A stretch of DNA of 64,000 nt from Fimbriosthenelais zetlandica (GCA_977030845.1 OZ365110.1:44268001-44332000); one strand, 5' to 3'; counted from the stretch's first letter, positions 25,641-41,800 are shown. The notes: generated by a model not told the origin, from the letters alone. Made by a program: numbers and translations.

Positions 25641-28600
25641 AAAGGCATGGCCTTGATAAAAATGCTCTTAATTATTTTTACATAAACCTTTCGAATTTCT
25701 ATGGCAGTGACTAATCGCAAAGTGTTTTGGATGGGGTATGGGTATCAGAAATTCCGAGGCAAACCCATTATTATGTCGGGTTGGAAATGATATGAGTTGA
25801 ATATTATTGATACTGATGAAAGTGTATTGTTTAGATATACTCGCCTGTGTCGAAGGACACTCATATCTAGCCCTCGTTTCATTCTGTCTTTGGAGATAAT
25901 GAAGGAACATGGAGCAGAGCATCGCCTTTCTAATCTCTCTGGGATGAGGGGAAGCTATAATCTGTATATATCACACTGTCAGGACCTTCATGGGTCACTA
26001 GCCATCAACATAGCCTGATGTGACCAATCTAAAACCACATTAACCTCTGCCTGGCTCTTGGTGGACATTATGGCTAATAGGTCAGTGATCTGACCAGATA
26101 GATTACACACAAGCATGTTGTGGACGAGGCCGTGATGGGCTCACTTTGGTCCCCAGTGGACAAAAAAAAATCCCAAGAAATTTATAGTTTGTCCATAGCA
26201 AGCAGAGTATGAGCAGCGTGACTTCAGAGAAATCTTCCAGGAATCGAAGTGATCAGATGGACAATTAACGAACAATTAACGAACAGTGATACCAGACAAT
26301 ACGCATTGTAATACTACATGCATATGAAATAATTAATATCCCAACGTGAATGAATAGATAGAGGGAGTCATGCGTATGCGTATATATGCGTATAACAGCA
26401 ACCCACAACCATCTCCCATCGCACAACCACGAAAAAGGTACAGATAAGTGAAATGTTCTTGTCAAAATCCCAGACCATTGCAATATGAAAGACGTATGTA
26501 GGAGAGATAGAGGAAGACCATATAGATTATATTCGATGTAACTCACTCTCTATCTGCCATTGGTTCTTTATAGAGGGACGCTCATGAACTTAATAACTGT
26601 ATCTCAAAGGCAGTGTACCTCAATGCATATCATCTATTATTCATCCCGATAGAACGCAGGGGAAAATCCAATATCCCACCAGACAAGCTAAACAGCGGTC
26701 ACACCCCTGATACAAATTCCAATTCCCATGTACCACTTACAGAAATCCAGTAAGTGGTTCATGGCAAGTGGGCATATGTTATGGGTACTTTATATTCCAA
26801 GCCAGGCGTTGTTCCCTGGGTTGAAGGAGTACAGTACTGCAATATTGATTCATCAAAATGGACTTCATCAATCAAAATGTCTCATTGCTTTACTCATGTG
26901 TGTTATATAAAACGCTTCTTTTACCTCTAGTTCACGGTGTTGAGTCAGATGGAAAGAAAAAAATATCTAGAATATTTTCTGAAGCAATTAAAACACTACG
27001 GTAGTTTGGGTCGATAAATCAAACTTATCTTGCCTCTGGTCAATTTCCTTTCCTGTGACCTAAACTAAGACTTATGAGAATCTATCTATATGTATTTATA
27101 TGGAGTATAGAGGAAAATGTAATAATCTTTGCCCGGGTAAACAGGTCTATGTATTCCTCCGTATAAATGCATCAATATTCCAGTATTCCCATCGACTTCC
27201 TGTAAAGAATCATCAATAGCTGAGAGGAAACCAGGCAGAAAGCATCAGATCCATCTATTATTTCATGACCCATATGAATGGACTGTGATGCATCGTTGTC
27301 GGTTATCAATGCAAAATTGCTATGTTGAACAAGTGTGGGTTCAATACATTATTGGGTTTGGGTGGTAGGATGAAAGGTGCATGCCATATATGGATAATTC
27401 TCTCCTTTCATCTTCCTAGAAACTTTCTTCTCAATTAACTGATTAGTCCTTCTCTGAGGCTTTACGCGCTGGTCTAATACGGTGCATTATGAGCCAGAGT
27501 GCCGACATATGATATGTATTGGAGGCATGCACAGTGTCGACATATTTAGTGGAGTAAGTTACTGACATATGGAGTCCGTTTTGTCATATTTATTGGAGTC
27601 ACAGTGTGACCTACAATACATCATACTTCATATTGAGACTCCATATTGGTCCAGCTATAGGAAGCCTATATGAACCTTATTCACACGGGTCCATATCAAG
27701 CCTTCCACACAACATTGTGATGAATATTAATGCAGTTTGATCCACAGTGAATTAGCGAAAGTCTTTGATCGTGACAGTCAGGATCAGAACGGATTAGGAA
27801 CAACATTCCCTAATGAAAGCCCGAGATGGAAAATATTGAATCAAAAGCTACCATATTACCATTGATAATATAGTATTAAGGTATCTATATATCGAATAAG
27901 TCATTTGATGGTGTGTAACAATAAAGCAGTGTGACGAGTATTTGTTCACCATGAAACCATCAACTAACCCACTGATTGTGACACCCTCTCCCCTACCATA
28001 TCTCATTATAATCATCTTAATATATAATATAGAGGGCATTCATAGCCTTGCTATATTGGATGGTACTCTTTGCCCTGTATTGATGGATGCTCATTTAGTA
28101 ATTGCATTGTGAATGTCATGATTTATAGATATATTTGCAGGAACAGCGATAGGTCCACGCGCCATGAGCACGCAATATCCTATTTCAACAAATGGGAATG
28201 CCGGGTGTATTGGCCCACAATAATAATACACTTAAGATATCTCCTGGTGAAGACAATATCAGGAGGAGATTGGATGGCAAGCTGCAGTGTCCCATCTAAC
28301 ACTGGCGGTAAAGTAAAGGCACACCAATATAAAGGCCGGGATTCCTATAGTGGAGACGGACCTGCATTCCAATCACAGTCTTCTAGGAGATGACTGTGAG
28401 TCCCAAGAAATGATGCTTTTTTTTGCCCTTTGTTCTCTGTGAGATGAGGCTCCAAGTGGCATTAGTGTGTCTCGCCTATTGACATTGGACCTGTCATTTT
28501 CTGCCACTCCAATCTGAATTTGCATTTTAGTGACATTTATATGTCTTATCAGCTCGCCTGAGCACTGACATCCTGGGGCCATTGGATGTATAGAGGATTA

Positions 28601-29584
28601 GAGCCAAGGTCCAGCTTAAAAACTGTACCCATGCAGGCAGACTACTTTTTGATCTGCCTGGACAATTATGCAAGAGTTAACTATACATTTTTGTCCTAGT
28701 GGTTCAAAATTAAATGGGTATTCAATGGGTATTTCCAAAACTTAACATTGTACAAATATGTATATATTATCTATGATTTAGTGGAGTTTGCGAAAGAAAA
28801 AATACTGTACACATTTCCTGTCCTCTGCTAAGAATACGCTGCAGGATTAGAACAAGATGGACTCTGTCTGTCTGCTGGACTGGAAGTTTAAAAAAAACCT
28901 CAAAGATCAAAGGCAGTGCCCTTTGTGGAAGGCCAGCAATTTGAGACCTCTCCGGCCAGCCCCTTCTAAAACTCCCAGTAGGATAAGAAGTGTCATCTTC
29001 TTACTTGGAGACTTTGACAACTTCATTTAAACTCGAGAAGTACTTTTAATTAATGTTAAAATGTCTAATGTTAAAATAGTATGACTTATATCAATCTTAT
29101 GGGAGAGGAGTTCATACTCATCGCACCTCACCCAGGTTCTCAGAGAAGACCAAATTACGAACATGTCAAATAAGGGAAGCTCTTCTGTCTACATGTCAGG
29201 GGCACAGAGGACGATGGCCATTGGTATTGTAAACAGTGCTTGGATGTCCTGATCAAGTGAGGAGCACAGTAGCCCTCATTTGCCTGATTGCATCCATCAT
29301 GTTTGAGCTGGAGGTGGATGAAGGGCGGATGGAGAGAGGCCAGTGCCTTGAACTTGGACATTGTCCAACATACAGCACTCTCATCAGCATGGCTCTCATA
29401 TTAGGGGTTTTGATCGAGGCTAGTCGAGTGATGGATAAGGGGAATGGACTTCTGACTAGGCCTTCACAATACACAAGTCAAATGTACAAGAAATCTTCTC
29501 CAGCTCCCAGATTTAGATTTGACAACTCGGGCTTTGCTCCCCATAAGAGTAAGGCCTCCTCATGCAATCTAGTTCCAAAATAGA

Positions 29585-29655
29585 GCTACTGGAGACATTT
29601 ATGTCATTTTTTATTCGGCGAGTCGACATTCCATGACAAAAAGTTTATCGTACCA
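29585..29655 (-). mobile_element. Possible decayed LINE APE-endonuclease N-terminus
   Basis: TINFLSWNVDSPNKK*HKCLQ*L resembles ..ISWNV.GLNSP.KR.K.L..L. Confidence 0.3.
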
Positions 29656-31194
29656 CTCGTGCCTGACGCAAGTTGACCCATTACATATATGTAAAGGTCC
29701 ACCAGGAATATCGCCAGCAGGATCAATGTACAATATATAACCAACATGGGAGCAACAAGGAAGAAAGATAGACCTACTGTATCCTGAACCAAACAACAAA
29801 GCACTCTGGTCGTATCAGATATCCAATAAAATCCCAGGCTCTGATACTACCTCTTAATTACAGTATTAAACATTGAATTTGATATCGAATTCAGTTGCAA
29901 TCCGTTGTTTTGGTCAAAGACTTACTGACAACATGTTTTTATGGGATGTCCCTTACTCGGAATTACCCTTTAAGCTTTATAGGCAATACCATAATATAAT
30001 ATACGAGACTTAAATTTTCACATGTATGTTGTATATACTGTCTGAGAGGTCATGAAAGGTGTCAACAGCCCTATGTCACTTATATCACAGTATATATGCC
30101 CTACAGAGGTGTCTCTACATGTCAGTCTCCTGCCTTTTTTCTGTCTTTGAACTGTCTGTCAACCGGCCAGCCTGTCTGCAACCTCCCTGCTAACCTTTCT
30201 ACCACTTGCCTTCTCATCTGTCTAAAGCCCTGACCAATTTGCAGCTGAGGAAATAGTCAATAACATCCCTATAACGAACATCCATAATAAGCATGATCAA
30301 CATAAGTTTTAAAAAAACATTGCAGACTTTCAAGGATAAGTTACAGGGAGCGATTTAAATGGAAGGTGTAGGTCTGCATCTAATGGACCAAAATGAATAT
30401 AATCTCCCACCTCTACTCCCTCCATGTGAATGTATTCAGCTCTGTGCTGTATTTTTCCATCCAGGTCTGCCAGCCAATAAATATATCCCTCAGTACAAGA
30501 CTTGTTTTTTTTGCACTTAAATTACTTTCATAAGTTTGTGTACTCAGTGCTATATATACTCCATGCCCCACGCGTATCTTTAGAGAAGAATTCCATGAAC
30601 TCAGTATTGTATCTGATGGGTGAGCGATCCTGGCCGGACTGGCATAGAGTATAGATTGGTTAAGGCATACATTGTGGTGTAATGTATAGTTCCCTTCAAA
30701 GCCCTCTCACATTAAGCAATCACAGAGTGTCAACAATTAAACAATGGCTTGTGCATGTGGGGGAATAGAAGATGGTCTTTGTATGATGTGAGTACAGTGG
30801 CCCAGTCATCAATTGAAGCTCATGCTTACAAGACTTGCCTTTTAGCCACGTTTTCCGTCCTATAGGGACAGGGTCTCAGATCAGTGCAATTCAATGGGAG
30901 GCATGTCTATCTTGTCGAAGCATTGAGTTGTGGATTTGTCCTTTATTTATCTTATTTTAGGATATTGGATTGGCAAAAGTAAAGCAGCCAGATTAGTACT
31001 TTTGAATATATGCCGGAAATTCTTGATAACTTCGACCTTCATTTCGCCTTTCGTTCTTTATACTAATCTATGAAGTATCCATGGCTAGGGCCGTCCCAGG
31101 TTAATAACAAGGTCTTATGCAAGGGGCCTAGTGCCGGGATGACCCATGCACAAGTCCCGTGAATGACAATGGAAATTAATGAACATCCTCATTA

Positions 31195-31233
31195 TTATTA
31201 CCATAGAACTGTAGGACAGTTCTATGTTATTAC
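31195..31233. mobile_element. 25-bp palindromic mini-element or footprint, CATAGAACT-gtaggac-AGTTCTATG (31202-31226), with 7-bp TSD TTATTAC
   Basis: Perfect 9-bp arms; TTATTAC at 31195-31201 and 31227-31233. Confidence 0.8.
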
Positions 31234-32639
31234 ATAAGCACATTTGACAATTAATTATCGAGTGCGTCCTTATAAATGTATATCAGATTCATCTTCCCAC
31301 TATCCATGGATACATTATATTCGAGCACAACATACTGTATTGATATTTTTAATCTCTTTGGGTGAATGAAGGAAATTTTGGTCACCAGATATATTGATCC
31401 ATTTTTAAAATGTGTTATAATTAACCTTCATTTCAATTACATTGTACCATTATAATTCAAAGCTGGGCCTTGCATATTGGCTCACACAAATGTCAACCAA
31501 CAACACATTTTAATGAAATAAGCCCCAGGTTAACCAACTCCCTCAGCAATCGTCCGCAGTAAATATTCAAATCCCACGGGAACATTAACTTTTCATGAAT
31601 CTCCGGCGGCAAGAAACGTGAAAAATATTTCCATGGTGCAGTGCATTGTTAAATTCTAATCGGCTCCCCACATGCTGTCATATTAAAATTAAATGCCATG
31701 GCATTTGGCTGCACAAAGCTGTTCTCGCTGCCGCTCTCATTGGTTCACAGATCCAACAAACTGTAATCATTTTACCAATTAAATAAGTTGGAAGTGATAA
31801 AGGGGGATTCTCTTTAACAACCCGCATTTAATGATAGGCTTTCATAAAAAAATGGAAGGCATGGATAGGCGAGGCATGAATGAGTGCGTGAAGATCTCCA
31901 AATAATTAGTTTTAATTGCTTTCGCAGATAACAAATAAATCCGGAGACGGCGGAGTGGCAGTGGATGGAATCGCTCCCGGGGGATGTTTCTTTTACACAT
32001 GATGAGGTCCGAAAAACTGTTTGTAAATGGGAAACTTTTGTTTACCCAACTCCAAAGGAAGCTCAGCTTTAATATTTTAGTAATTTAGTAATTTTATATC
32101 ATTTTCACTCGGTTTTCTTTAAGGCTGTTGCATTCATAAACCTCATATTCACTGTGCAATGGGGCGTTTACTTAAAATACCTCAGGTGCGTCAATGCATT
32201 TCGTGCTGCATAAATTTCAGATGCGCACAAACTGTAGATGTCCATTGGTGCGAATTTTGTGCAATAAACTGTAGCACAATATCGCAAAAACATAAATCGC
32301 GGTAATTGAGAGAATTTTGAAGACAACCCTATAATGCCTTTTGGCGAGGCTGCAATTCTGCCACGGAATCCTGTCAATAATGTCTAGCCGATCTCAGAAT
32401 GATGATGCTATTATTCTTGCAACTTTTGAATAACTTAATCTGTCGCAGCATTGGCGGTCCGGCTTTAGGATCTCCGAAACACCGCCACTGCCTATGAACG
32501 ATCTATGGCCATCCTAAATTCTTCCAGTACATTCCTCAGAGGGCAGTGGCTTAAGAGGCTGGCAGAGCAACTTGAGAAATGCCCCCCTGGAACCCTCCTT
32601 ACCATGCTGCACTGCCCTCTAGGGAGCCTCAGGCTTTAC

Positions 32640-32800
32640 TAGATAAGCCCTTTGATCTTCCAAGGTTTTGGCTCGAAATTATTGAAGACGGACCAAAGCT
32701 GCAGTGGTCATTTTCCGCCTCTGAACCAGTGAAGGAAAATCGTGAAAAATGTCCGCAAACATGGTGGGCAGGAAGCCTCACGGGGGCAGTCAAGTATGGG
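32640..32800 (-). mobile_element. Possible decayed L1 ORF1 C-terminal fragment
   Basis: FADIFHDFPSLVQRRK resembles the L1 ORF1 I(Y/F).D.S..VQR.R motif; flanked by stops. Confidence 0.3.
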
Positions 32801-35800
32801 GCAGTGGGATGAGAGTAGGTCTGGTAATGGAGAGTTGGGGCACCCATAGATCAATAAAGTTTTAAAGGGTACAGAGGCTTGGTATATCCTATCATTACCG
32901 CCATTTAACATTGTTAAGATAAAGGTTACCGGTTAAGGCCAGAATTTAAAATAAGCTTATGCTTGAAATAAATAGATCCGAAGAAGCATTTTAGTTAAGG
33001 CCACTGGCTAGCCTCTCGGGTCGAGAGTTTTAGTGGGAAAAATGCTTCCACAGAGATGTAGAGACTGGCAAAGTAGAACACTAAGGTTCAGAAAATTATG
33101 GAGTGCAGCTCTAGGGCTAATGTCTGTTCTCCCATGGACCGCCTATGTTTTAGTTCTTTGCTCAGGGCTCATTGAAGGAAAAGAGAAAAGTACAAGTCAC
33201 CAGCCTTTGACTTGGGCATCTCTGCAGCTTTAAATGGAGTTTTATCTCCAAAGAAAAACTATTGGATCCAATGCTTTGAAGGCTGAATGCAACACGGATC
33301 TCACATGAGCCAGCTTTCCAATACCAAATAGCTTGGACACTCTCTTGTTAGTGGTTCAAATGTATTTTAATGCGTATTTAAAGATATATATAAGCTATAT
33401 ATATATCCATTGAAGGTTTCGTAGCAGAGACATACCCTGTGACTTCAAGGTGGATAACATTTGTATTAGAGAGCCCTACTTCAACATTTACACAGTCTTA
33501 GAGGGTGCAGTTCCCATAACATTTATTATGCCGGGGTGTTGGCTAGATAAACACTCGTGGATGTCAGGACCTCTTCCAGACATGTCTTTTAGAGGCCAGG
33601 AGACCTTTGTTGAGGTTTCGACAAATAGAATATCATTAGCAGAGCAATGTCTTGATGAGTCTATCTACATAGAGGAGCCGAACCCTGGCCCCCAGCTACT
33701 TGTGCCTGGGTAAATATGAGAAGCAGGCTACAGCTCGCCAGTGGGGAAAGTCTCTTGTCATATCCAACCACCTCTCTATTCTTCTGAACCAATGGCATGC
33801 TCTTGAGATGGCGGCCAAAAGGATGAATAAAATAAAACTACAATTTGGAGGAGAAATTATTACTTATAGTAATTAGGATGTTAGATACTGGCGTGCCACC
33901 TCGTATTGTGGGTGACACGGCTCTGTAGCTTAAATTCATCAGTTTAAATAAATTAAATACATCCATTTCGGGCTTTAATTTCCCATAAAAATCTTGTATG
34001 TATTGAGTCATTGGAGGTTTTATTTCATCCCCCTATACATACATGTACATTGGTTTGGCAAGATTTTCAAGAGGCCTCGAGGGGAAATTCGGATTATTCT
34101 GAGCCTGATAAGGGTCTTTGGGTCTACACTATAAGCTTAATGCAACAGCAGGATCCATATAATGTTGAGATCTTCAGATCCAGATAATGTCCAACCATCA
34201 ATGGAAAGATCAAAGTGGAATAACAATGAATCAATGCAACAAAAACCCACAAAGCATATAGTACTGAAGGGAAGCTTAACAAAAGGCTCCAATAATTGGA
34301 GTACTGCCATACATACATGTACAGGTGCATTTCCCCGTCCCTTTCACTTGATGTATTGTACATGTGGATGGGATGTCATATATCTATAGAACAGCCAGTC
34401 ATCAATGCCAAGTGATCAATGCATTACATTTTCGTAAGGAGAATTAATTGAATTACCACCAACTAGGGAAATATTTTGATTTCTCTAACTCAGGATCGGA
34501 AGGGGCTCCTGTATATATATGATATGTAATATAGATTCGTCTCCTTGGTCTTGTAGTGAGACGGAAATCTATTGGGGTATTACCTGTTTGATGTCGGAGA
34601 TTAAACACTATATGTAATGGCTCTTTGGCTATGTCAAGCAAGGAAGAATCCTTATTCTGTCTTTTGATCCACCTCTCGTCCTCAGCAAGGTAAACAAGGT
34701 GTAATGGATGCATGCGGCCGCTTCATCTTCATCTCTTTGAGGATATCCAATGTCAGGCTCAGCTACGTGGCTGACGAAGGATCATTTACAAGGCCTCCCG
34801 AAAAACTAAGAACCTCAATTTCAGCCTGTGGTTGAAATTAAGAAGGGATAAAACGAAGGGAGAGAGATAAAAGAGGAGGGAGATTTTGTTACTCGGACAG
34901 GATGCAATGGCATGTATTTCATGACATGTAGGCTTGTGTGGCCTCTTGATCTCTACATGTACATGATCGTCCTGTATTAAGCCTATGATGCCGTAAACCG
35001 ATTTTGAATTCTATAATAGAGTCCATCGGTTGGTCTCAGGCCCATACGGAAAAAAAACATCATAGGTTCAGGTTTTATCTATTGAATGGCCCAGTGCAAC
35101 GGTGCAATATATAGGCACATATCATGGAGATTTATTACATGTAATTTCATAATTTTCCAGACGTAACCCAATTTCGGGAAATGGACATTTATATTATATA
35201 ATATATACGTCGTATATATTGAGAATGGACCCTGGGTTATATGGTGCCTTTGTCCTATCGTGATTCTGTTGTATACACTTCCAATATATACACACACTCT
35301 CTCAACTATTGATTCTGTCCATGGCCTTGCTGCTATGCCTCTGTCATCATTTCCAATAGGAAACTCGGGGTGGGGGCGTGTTGGGGGTGGGGTAAGGATC
35401 ATCTTGTTTTACTATGAGGCCAAAGGCAATCTCAATGCAGCCATGCCTAGCCTGTAGACAGCCACACAGCAAGTCAGAAGCCGGATTTAAATGTCAGAGC
35501 TTGGAGAAAGAGTAGATGCCAAGACTTCTGTAAAAGCATCACTTTACTCTTGGCACTGAGAATATAAGCAGCAGACAAAACAGTGCAGAGAGGTTAATCA
35601 ACGGATTGGTGTAAGTGGCCAAGAACGCAGACAGAACAATCCATGGTGGATGACTTGTTGTATGCACACAAAGAGAAATACAGTGTTGGTCCTTTCAGTC
35701 CTTATTATAGGACCCGTTCACATAGTCAATTCACCATTTAATCAGGCGAATGGCAATTTAATACGGTGCATGATAGAGTATGTCCATATAATGGTATTGA

Positions 35801-38800
35801 TAATAATTATACAGCAACAGTACCATGTGATGAAGCATGGTATACATAGGGCAGTCATTCCTACTTAATAGAGTCCCATTTCTCAGTCCATCCGGTGAAT
35901 GGATGAATAAAGCCCACATTCAGCATGAGGCATAATGGACTATATTCGTCAATGACGCAAAATCACCCGAATCCATTATGGTACATACATGTATCTGTGG
36001 GCGTGATGAGAAGAAAAGATGCCAGGAAAAAGTATAGAAACTTCAAAGTTATATTAGTCATGTCCCAGTCTTACCTGTTATCGGAAGACAGGGGCTCTTT
36101 TCACAGAGAGACCTGCAGCGAGCATTCATTACAGGATGTCATAAGAAATGTCAAACAGTAGGATACCCTAGAAAAAGTTGCCAGACCTCCATAAAAACGT
36201 CTACACAAACGTGTAGGCCCGGAAAGGCGGTCCAGGGTACCTACTCTTAATGGCTTTCCATGGGGCATCAAATAACTCTTTATAATACGAAAATCGGAGC
36301 AGTTGGAAGCCAGGTCATTTTTTCCGCACAGTCCGCGTCCAACATTTGGAAAGAAATATTATTATAGTCCCATTTCTCTCAGACATATACCAGGAATAGA
36401 AAAGCAGGCCATCATGCTCGATTCTATATTATATTCATCCTGTGTATGCCGACACCGCACGACTGTAATTTATATTGCATAGGTTAGAAGGTCTTAGGTG
36501 GCAGAATAAAGGCACGCTGCGGAAAGAAGGGAAGGAAGGAGGGAGAAGGAGGAAGGATGAAGAAGTGGAAAAAAGAAGCTATTTAGGAAGCTGTGAATTG
36601 ACTCAGTAAGACTACTTGGGATATATAAATATGAGACAAGGATAATAATTATTATAGAAAAATATTTTCAACATAATCATCCCTCCAAAAAATATTATAT
36701 ATCGAAGTTATTCATCTTCATATTTGTCCTACGAAAATCACTGACATTTAAGAGCATCCAATACTTTTTTTATACAGAGGGAAGTGGCTGGGTCCTTTAA
36801 CAATCTGGGCACCGTAAATTCTAATACATAATGTTGTTTTAAGTAGAATTATAGTCTTACTAAGTCAGACTAAACACTTTGACAACTGTTCGGTAGTTTT
36901 GGGCGTGGAACTCTATCTAGAAGTGTACATTTATATCATGCACATCAATAAATTGGTATCGATGGAAGTTCGGTATCAATATAACACGAAAAGCAATCAG
37001 AGAATTCACACTCCTCTGGCGCCAATGCCTATAACTCATTGATTTTCATATTCTATCTTAGACAGAGTTATAACTGATGGGCGGGATTGAGTAAGAATTT
37101 GGTCAGAGAAACCAGAACAAAACGGGTTATAGGTATCAATCCAAACCTCATGTAATGGTAAAGTATTCATATATTATGCCATTAATACATAGTAATGGTA
37201 CCCAATACAGAAGCAGAGGAGAAGACCCACACAGATGAAATAGGAAATATCTGTGAAAAATCCCTTGATTTCTGATAAAGCCCTTTCCTATCACTTAGTT
37301 ATATTTAGGAACATGCTTTATATTACGTCGGCTATCATCGATCATGCTGGCACCGACATGTGCAAACATCCCATGGTCTGAGCCTGCAATGGGTGTTGCC
37401 AGCACACTCAAGAGATGGAAATAAATCACATCGAGTGTCTGTTGTTATCTCAAGCACCATTTTAAAGTCGGGAAACTTAATTGGATTGCACTCGGAATAT
37501 TGATTTCGGTTTGGATACTTTCTGGTTCTCGTTTGCTATCCATGCTCTTGAAGGTTAATATGCATCGGTTTACAGCTGAGTATTTTTAGGAATTATCCCA
37601 CACTGCCACATATATATTATACGTATACTACTCACCCACATTTCCAAAGTCACCCGCACACACCCACAAACTTACCCACTCTCCCACAAATTCACCCACT
37701 CTCCATACCGAATGAAAAGCTTTCTTTAAATCATTCATCCCCACCCCACTTTGACCTTTCCTCCTTCCCTCCAGATAAAACCCACCCACCCACCCATCCA
37801 ACCATACTCCAACTTTCCAACTGACCCATAATATTATACCCTTTTTCAAGGGGTCACCTATCCTTGAGCACCAATGACCTCCGACACCGAAAAGGTTATA
37901 GCTGAAACTTATCGGAGATGACTTCAATGCATTTGATACATAAGTCCATTAACTGATACACCTTGTGCTCGTGTCTACTAATACTTTCATACTTCATTCA
38001 TAACATGACAGTCATTGAGTCGGGCATCGAAATACCTCTCTGAGTGGTGTCATAGAAGATTCCCCATCATCCCACACTGCAGGCTATCAGAGTCATATCC
38101 TGCCCTGCCTTAATGGATTCCATTATGATCAACTGCCACATGTGATTTTGCCAGGAGCCACCTCAGCATACAGCGCTAAAGGATTATTGGGTTCTCATTA
38201 TCCAATGCTCAATGTTATACCAATCTGCCTCACTGTCTCCGCTTTCATGGAGGCATTAAATAAAAGATCCACACCAATGGAGTCACATCAGGCGATGGGA
38301 AACAATAAAGAATTAGAGACAGGGAGATATGAAGCACTTCCATTATATTGAACTTAAAACTGCAAGAGGAGAACGCAAGAGTCTACAAACTGGTTGGCTT
38401 TGTGTTATATTTCCACGGAGGTGGCTCTTATTATTTATGCATGAATGCCAAATGAAGAGGAATATTCTTTGAGGTGGCAAAGAGGTGGCAGGCAAGGGTA
38501 GAAGGAAGACCACAAAGAAGTATGATAATGGAAGCAAGCAAGAGAACAATAATGAAAGAAGGGAGCAAAAGTAATGAGTTCAACTTAAGGTAATTGCTGC
38601 ATACATATAGACCTATACCCAGTGTTCTATGTATACAGGCTTCTGGCATTTGATGAAAAAACAGACTGAAGTATATATACATGTATGAGAAAGACAAGTA
38701 AGACCTGCAGACTATATACCATAGTTACTCTAAGAGCTTTTACCTCAGGCCAATTCTCCATATCCCCGCCAACAGCAATGGAAAATAGATGGATATGTCC

Positions 38801-41800
38801 TGAATTATAGACCTGAGATTTTCAGATCAAATCCATCATTCACAGAACTGCTACCGACAAGAGGAAAAGAATGCTCCATTGGAACATGATGGTTTTTTCT
38901 GCTCCCAGACCAGATGAGGAACTCACATGCGATGCTGAGCAGCTCCGAGCAGGTGGAGCATCAAGAGAGACATGAATTTAAGACGAGTGCTTTAGCTCAC
39001 TCATTATTAACAATTTGTCTCCAAAACCTGCTGGCCGGACTAAAAGTCTGGTGTGAATTGACAATGAGAAATAATTCCTCATTGTCTTTGGCTGGTTAAA
39101 TTGATGACAGCAGAGATGTATACAGATTGTCATCCCATGGGAAATTCAAGAATATCGTGAGAAAGTTGCATCAATCTTTCCGTTAAATATTATCATTGTG
39201 AAGGTCATGCGAATGGCTGTGAGACAAACAACAGAATGGGGAGAATATGGAAGGGCATAAAGATTTACAGCAAAATTGTCATGCATTAAAGATAAAAATG
39301 AGTTTTCCACATGAACGCATATTCTCATATTCTCAGGTTTGTTACTTCAGCTTATACCTAAGTCACCTTCCAATTAAGAAGTGGTCTAATGTATGAAGAA
39401 CGTAATGCAAATTTGACAGGTTTCCTATTTGGGAAGGGCTTGCGTGTGGAAGCAACAAGACTAAGACCACTTGCAGATTCTGTTTTTCTCTATGCAAATG
39501 CTGACATTCAATATCAACGAGGAGCGTTCGCACTAGGACGATCAGGCCAAGCGACAGGACGATTTAAGTAAAAGACTTCATGAATATCTCAAGACAAGAC
39601 TGGATGAGTCAAGGGAAGTCATTGTTATTGAAGGATCTCTTTTCGATGCTCTTGGGACGTCCCCGAGGGCTTACCTCAAAGCAAAAATATGTAGTAAGCC
39701 TTGTAGAGCCACGGACCACCTCTTCTATGGCAGAAGAGCCGATGCCAAAGAGACAGAGTGAGGGAAAATAATGTTGACAAGGGGAAAGTGAGCACATATA
39801 GGAGTCACTCAAAAGGTTAGGGAGACTTAGACGTGTTTTTCTAGAAGGCATGTCCCATCTGATGCTGGTGATGTGACATGATAATCTTTTAATGGGATTT
39901 ACCGGCGTCGATGTGCCTTAAGGGACATGGCCAAAACGTTCTCTTACTTTGCAATGGAAGATCCCATCCAGGAAAATCAATGCACAGCTTGAGTAAGTTC
40001 CCGGTTGTTCTCCGCCCACAAAATGGTATCAAATAATTCATTTTTGTCCATAAAGTCAGGTCGTACAGACCAATAGCCCAGTGTTGTTCTGTGGGTTTCG
40101 TTCCACAAACTAAAACCCATTAAAATAAACTACAATTAAATCTAGGTCCATACATCACCCCTATGACATCTTTTTCATTTTATTCATAATCAATGGACTT
40201 CTCGCGACCATTTTTTGAGGAAGTCCCTTGCATGAATTGCCCGCTTTAAATCATGACGTGACAAAACCAAGTCGGTCCAAATCACTAACCGCTGACCTCT
40301 CCTTTGAAGCGCCCAGTCCTATTAAAGGAAACGAGCACATGATGTTTCTCCGACCAAATTGAGGCATGTTCCTCTTTTTCTCACTTCCTTCTCCCCTTTA
40401 TATCCTAGCATCTCCCTTTCCAGGCTGTGTTACTCAAGATGAAAATCGATCATTACTGGAATCCTCCTCCCAGTCCAGCGTTTCACCACGCGCACCTCAG
40501 ATAAGAGCATCAAGGATTTCTGCCCCATTCTAAGGACTACACGTGGCAGCTTTTTTCACCGATTATCCTCTTAAAGCGCTATCAGTGCTAAACAGCGCCA
40601 AATCATCCATGGGGGGAGAGAATGGATTTTGCCTTTATGTTTTGGGCATCTCTAGGGTCTATTAGTATGTAGGCCTGCACGCGTGGAAAGTTTGGCGTGG
40701 TTCTCTCTGTCAATTACAATTAGATAAGGTTGGGAGGTAGAGGAGGTGGGGGCATGTTTCACTGGAATGATCTGTCACATTAATCTAGAGAACATTGTAA
40801 CATATGTACATGTACTCGGGCGTTTACGAATCAGAACAGTGCCAACTTGCTAATGAGCAATGACATTTCATTTATTATTTAGTCCACCCTTCATGTTTGT
40901 ATTTGATACCGCTGGATGAATCTTTCTTGGCCAAGATTTCCCTGCCATATTACAGCAGTCATTTAACTGTGACATGACGCTAAAAGAGAAAGGGTTTTAG
41001 AGAAAAGCAGCTCCATTGAAATCAATCATGATTTCATTTCAGAATCAAAAACTGGCCATCAATTCTATGATTGCCTAGTAGAACTCACAACCTATGGGGA
41101 GAGTACTTTGCTGTAGAAGAACCGGTCACTTTTTGGGTGTTTTGTTGCCTTTGAGCCGCTTATTGTATTGGAAAGAAAAGAAGGCGGCTCGGTCTATGTA
41201 TACTTGGATTTGGCCAGACATCTCCGGCAAGCCTGTAGTTCTGCATTATTTAGGGCTCGAGGGGATCAAGTACTGAATACCTACTCATGGGGCTAAAATA
41301 CCTTTGGTTCGTGGGAGTTCTCATTTCCCAAACGGGACTTGGCTCTAAACATCCACCATTTTATACACTGATGTAGTGTAAAAGTACTATTTATACATTG
41401 CCTTCTCTAAGGGTCGTTTTAATTGTTTCCAGGCTTCTGTCATGCAATTCCACACTGAGTGAAATGGACTTTGTTATTCTTGCACTTACTGCAGTCGCTT
41501 AGAATATTATGAGGCCAATTGATAAATGCATTGGGTCGTTCAAGAGGCGATTCTTGCAGGTTTAGACCCAGTGGGAGGCCATGTATTCTTCAGCAAGTCC
41601 TAATCAATGACGTAACCATATATATATATAACAAGGGAACGTAGCATGCAAATTGCAATGCTAGATCATGAGATAAGTCTAGGGTGTGATACATCATGCA
41701 TGGGATATTCGATTTTAGCAAACCATCGTGAAAGTTGGGAAGGTCTGGAGTTCGTGGGTTAATTGGTTGGACTGGAGCAGGTTCTATAGACCCGTGATGA

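Noticed and set aside
38920-38985. Short minus-strand ATG exon (MSLLMLHLLGAAQHR) with a GTGAGT donor
   Set aside because: No partner exon or homology found; could be a UTR exon of SV2 but unsupported.
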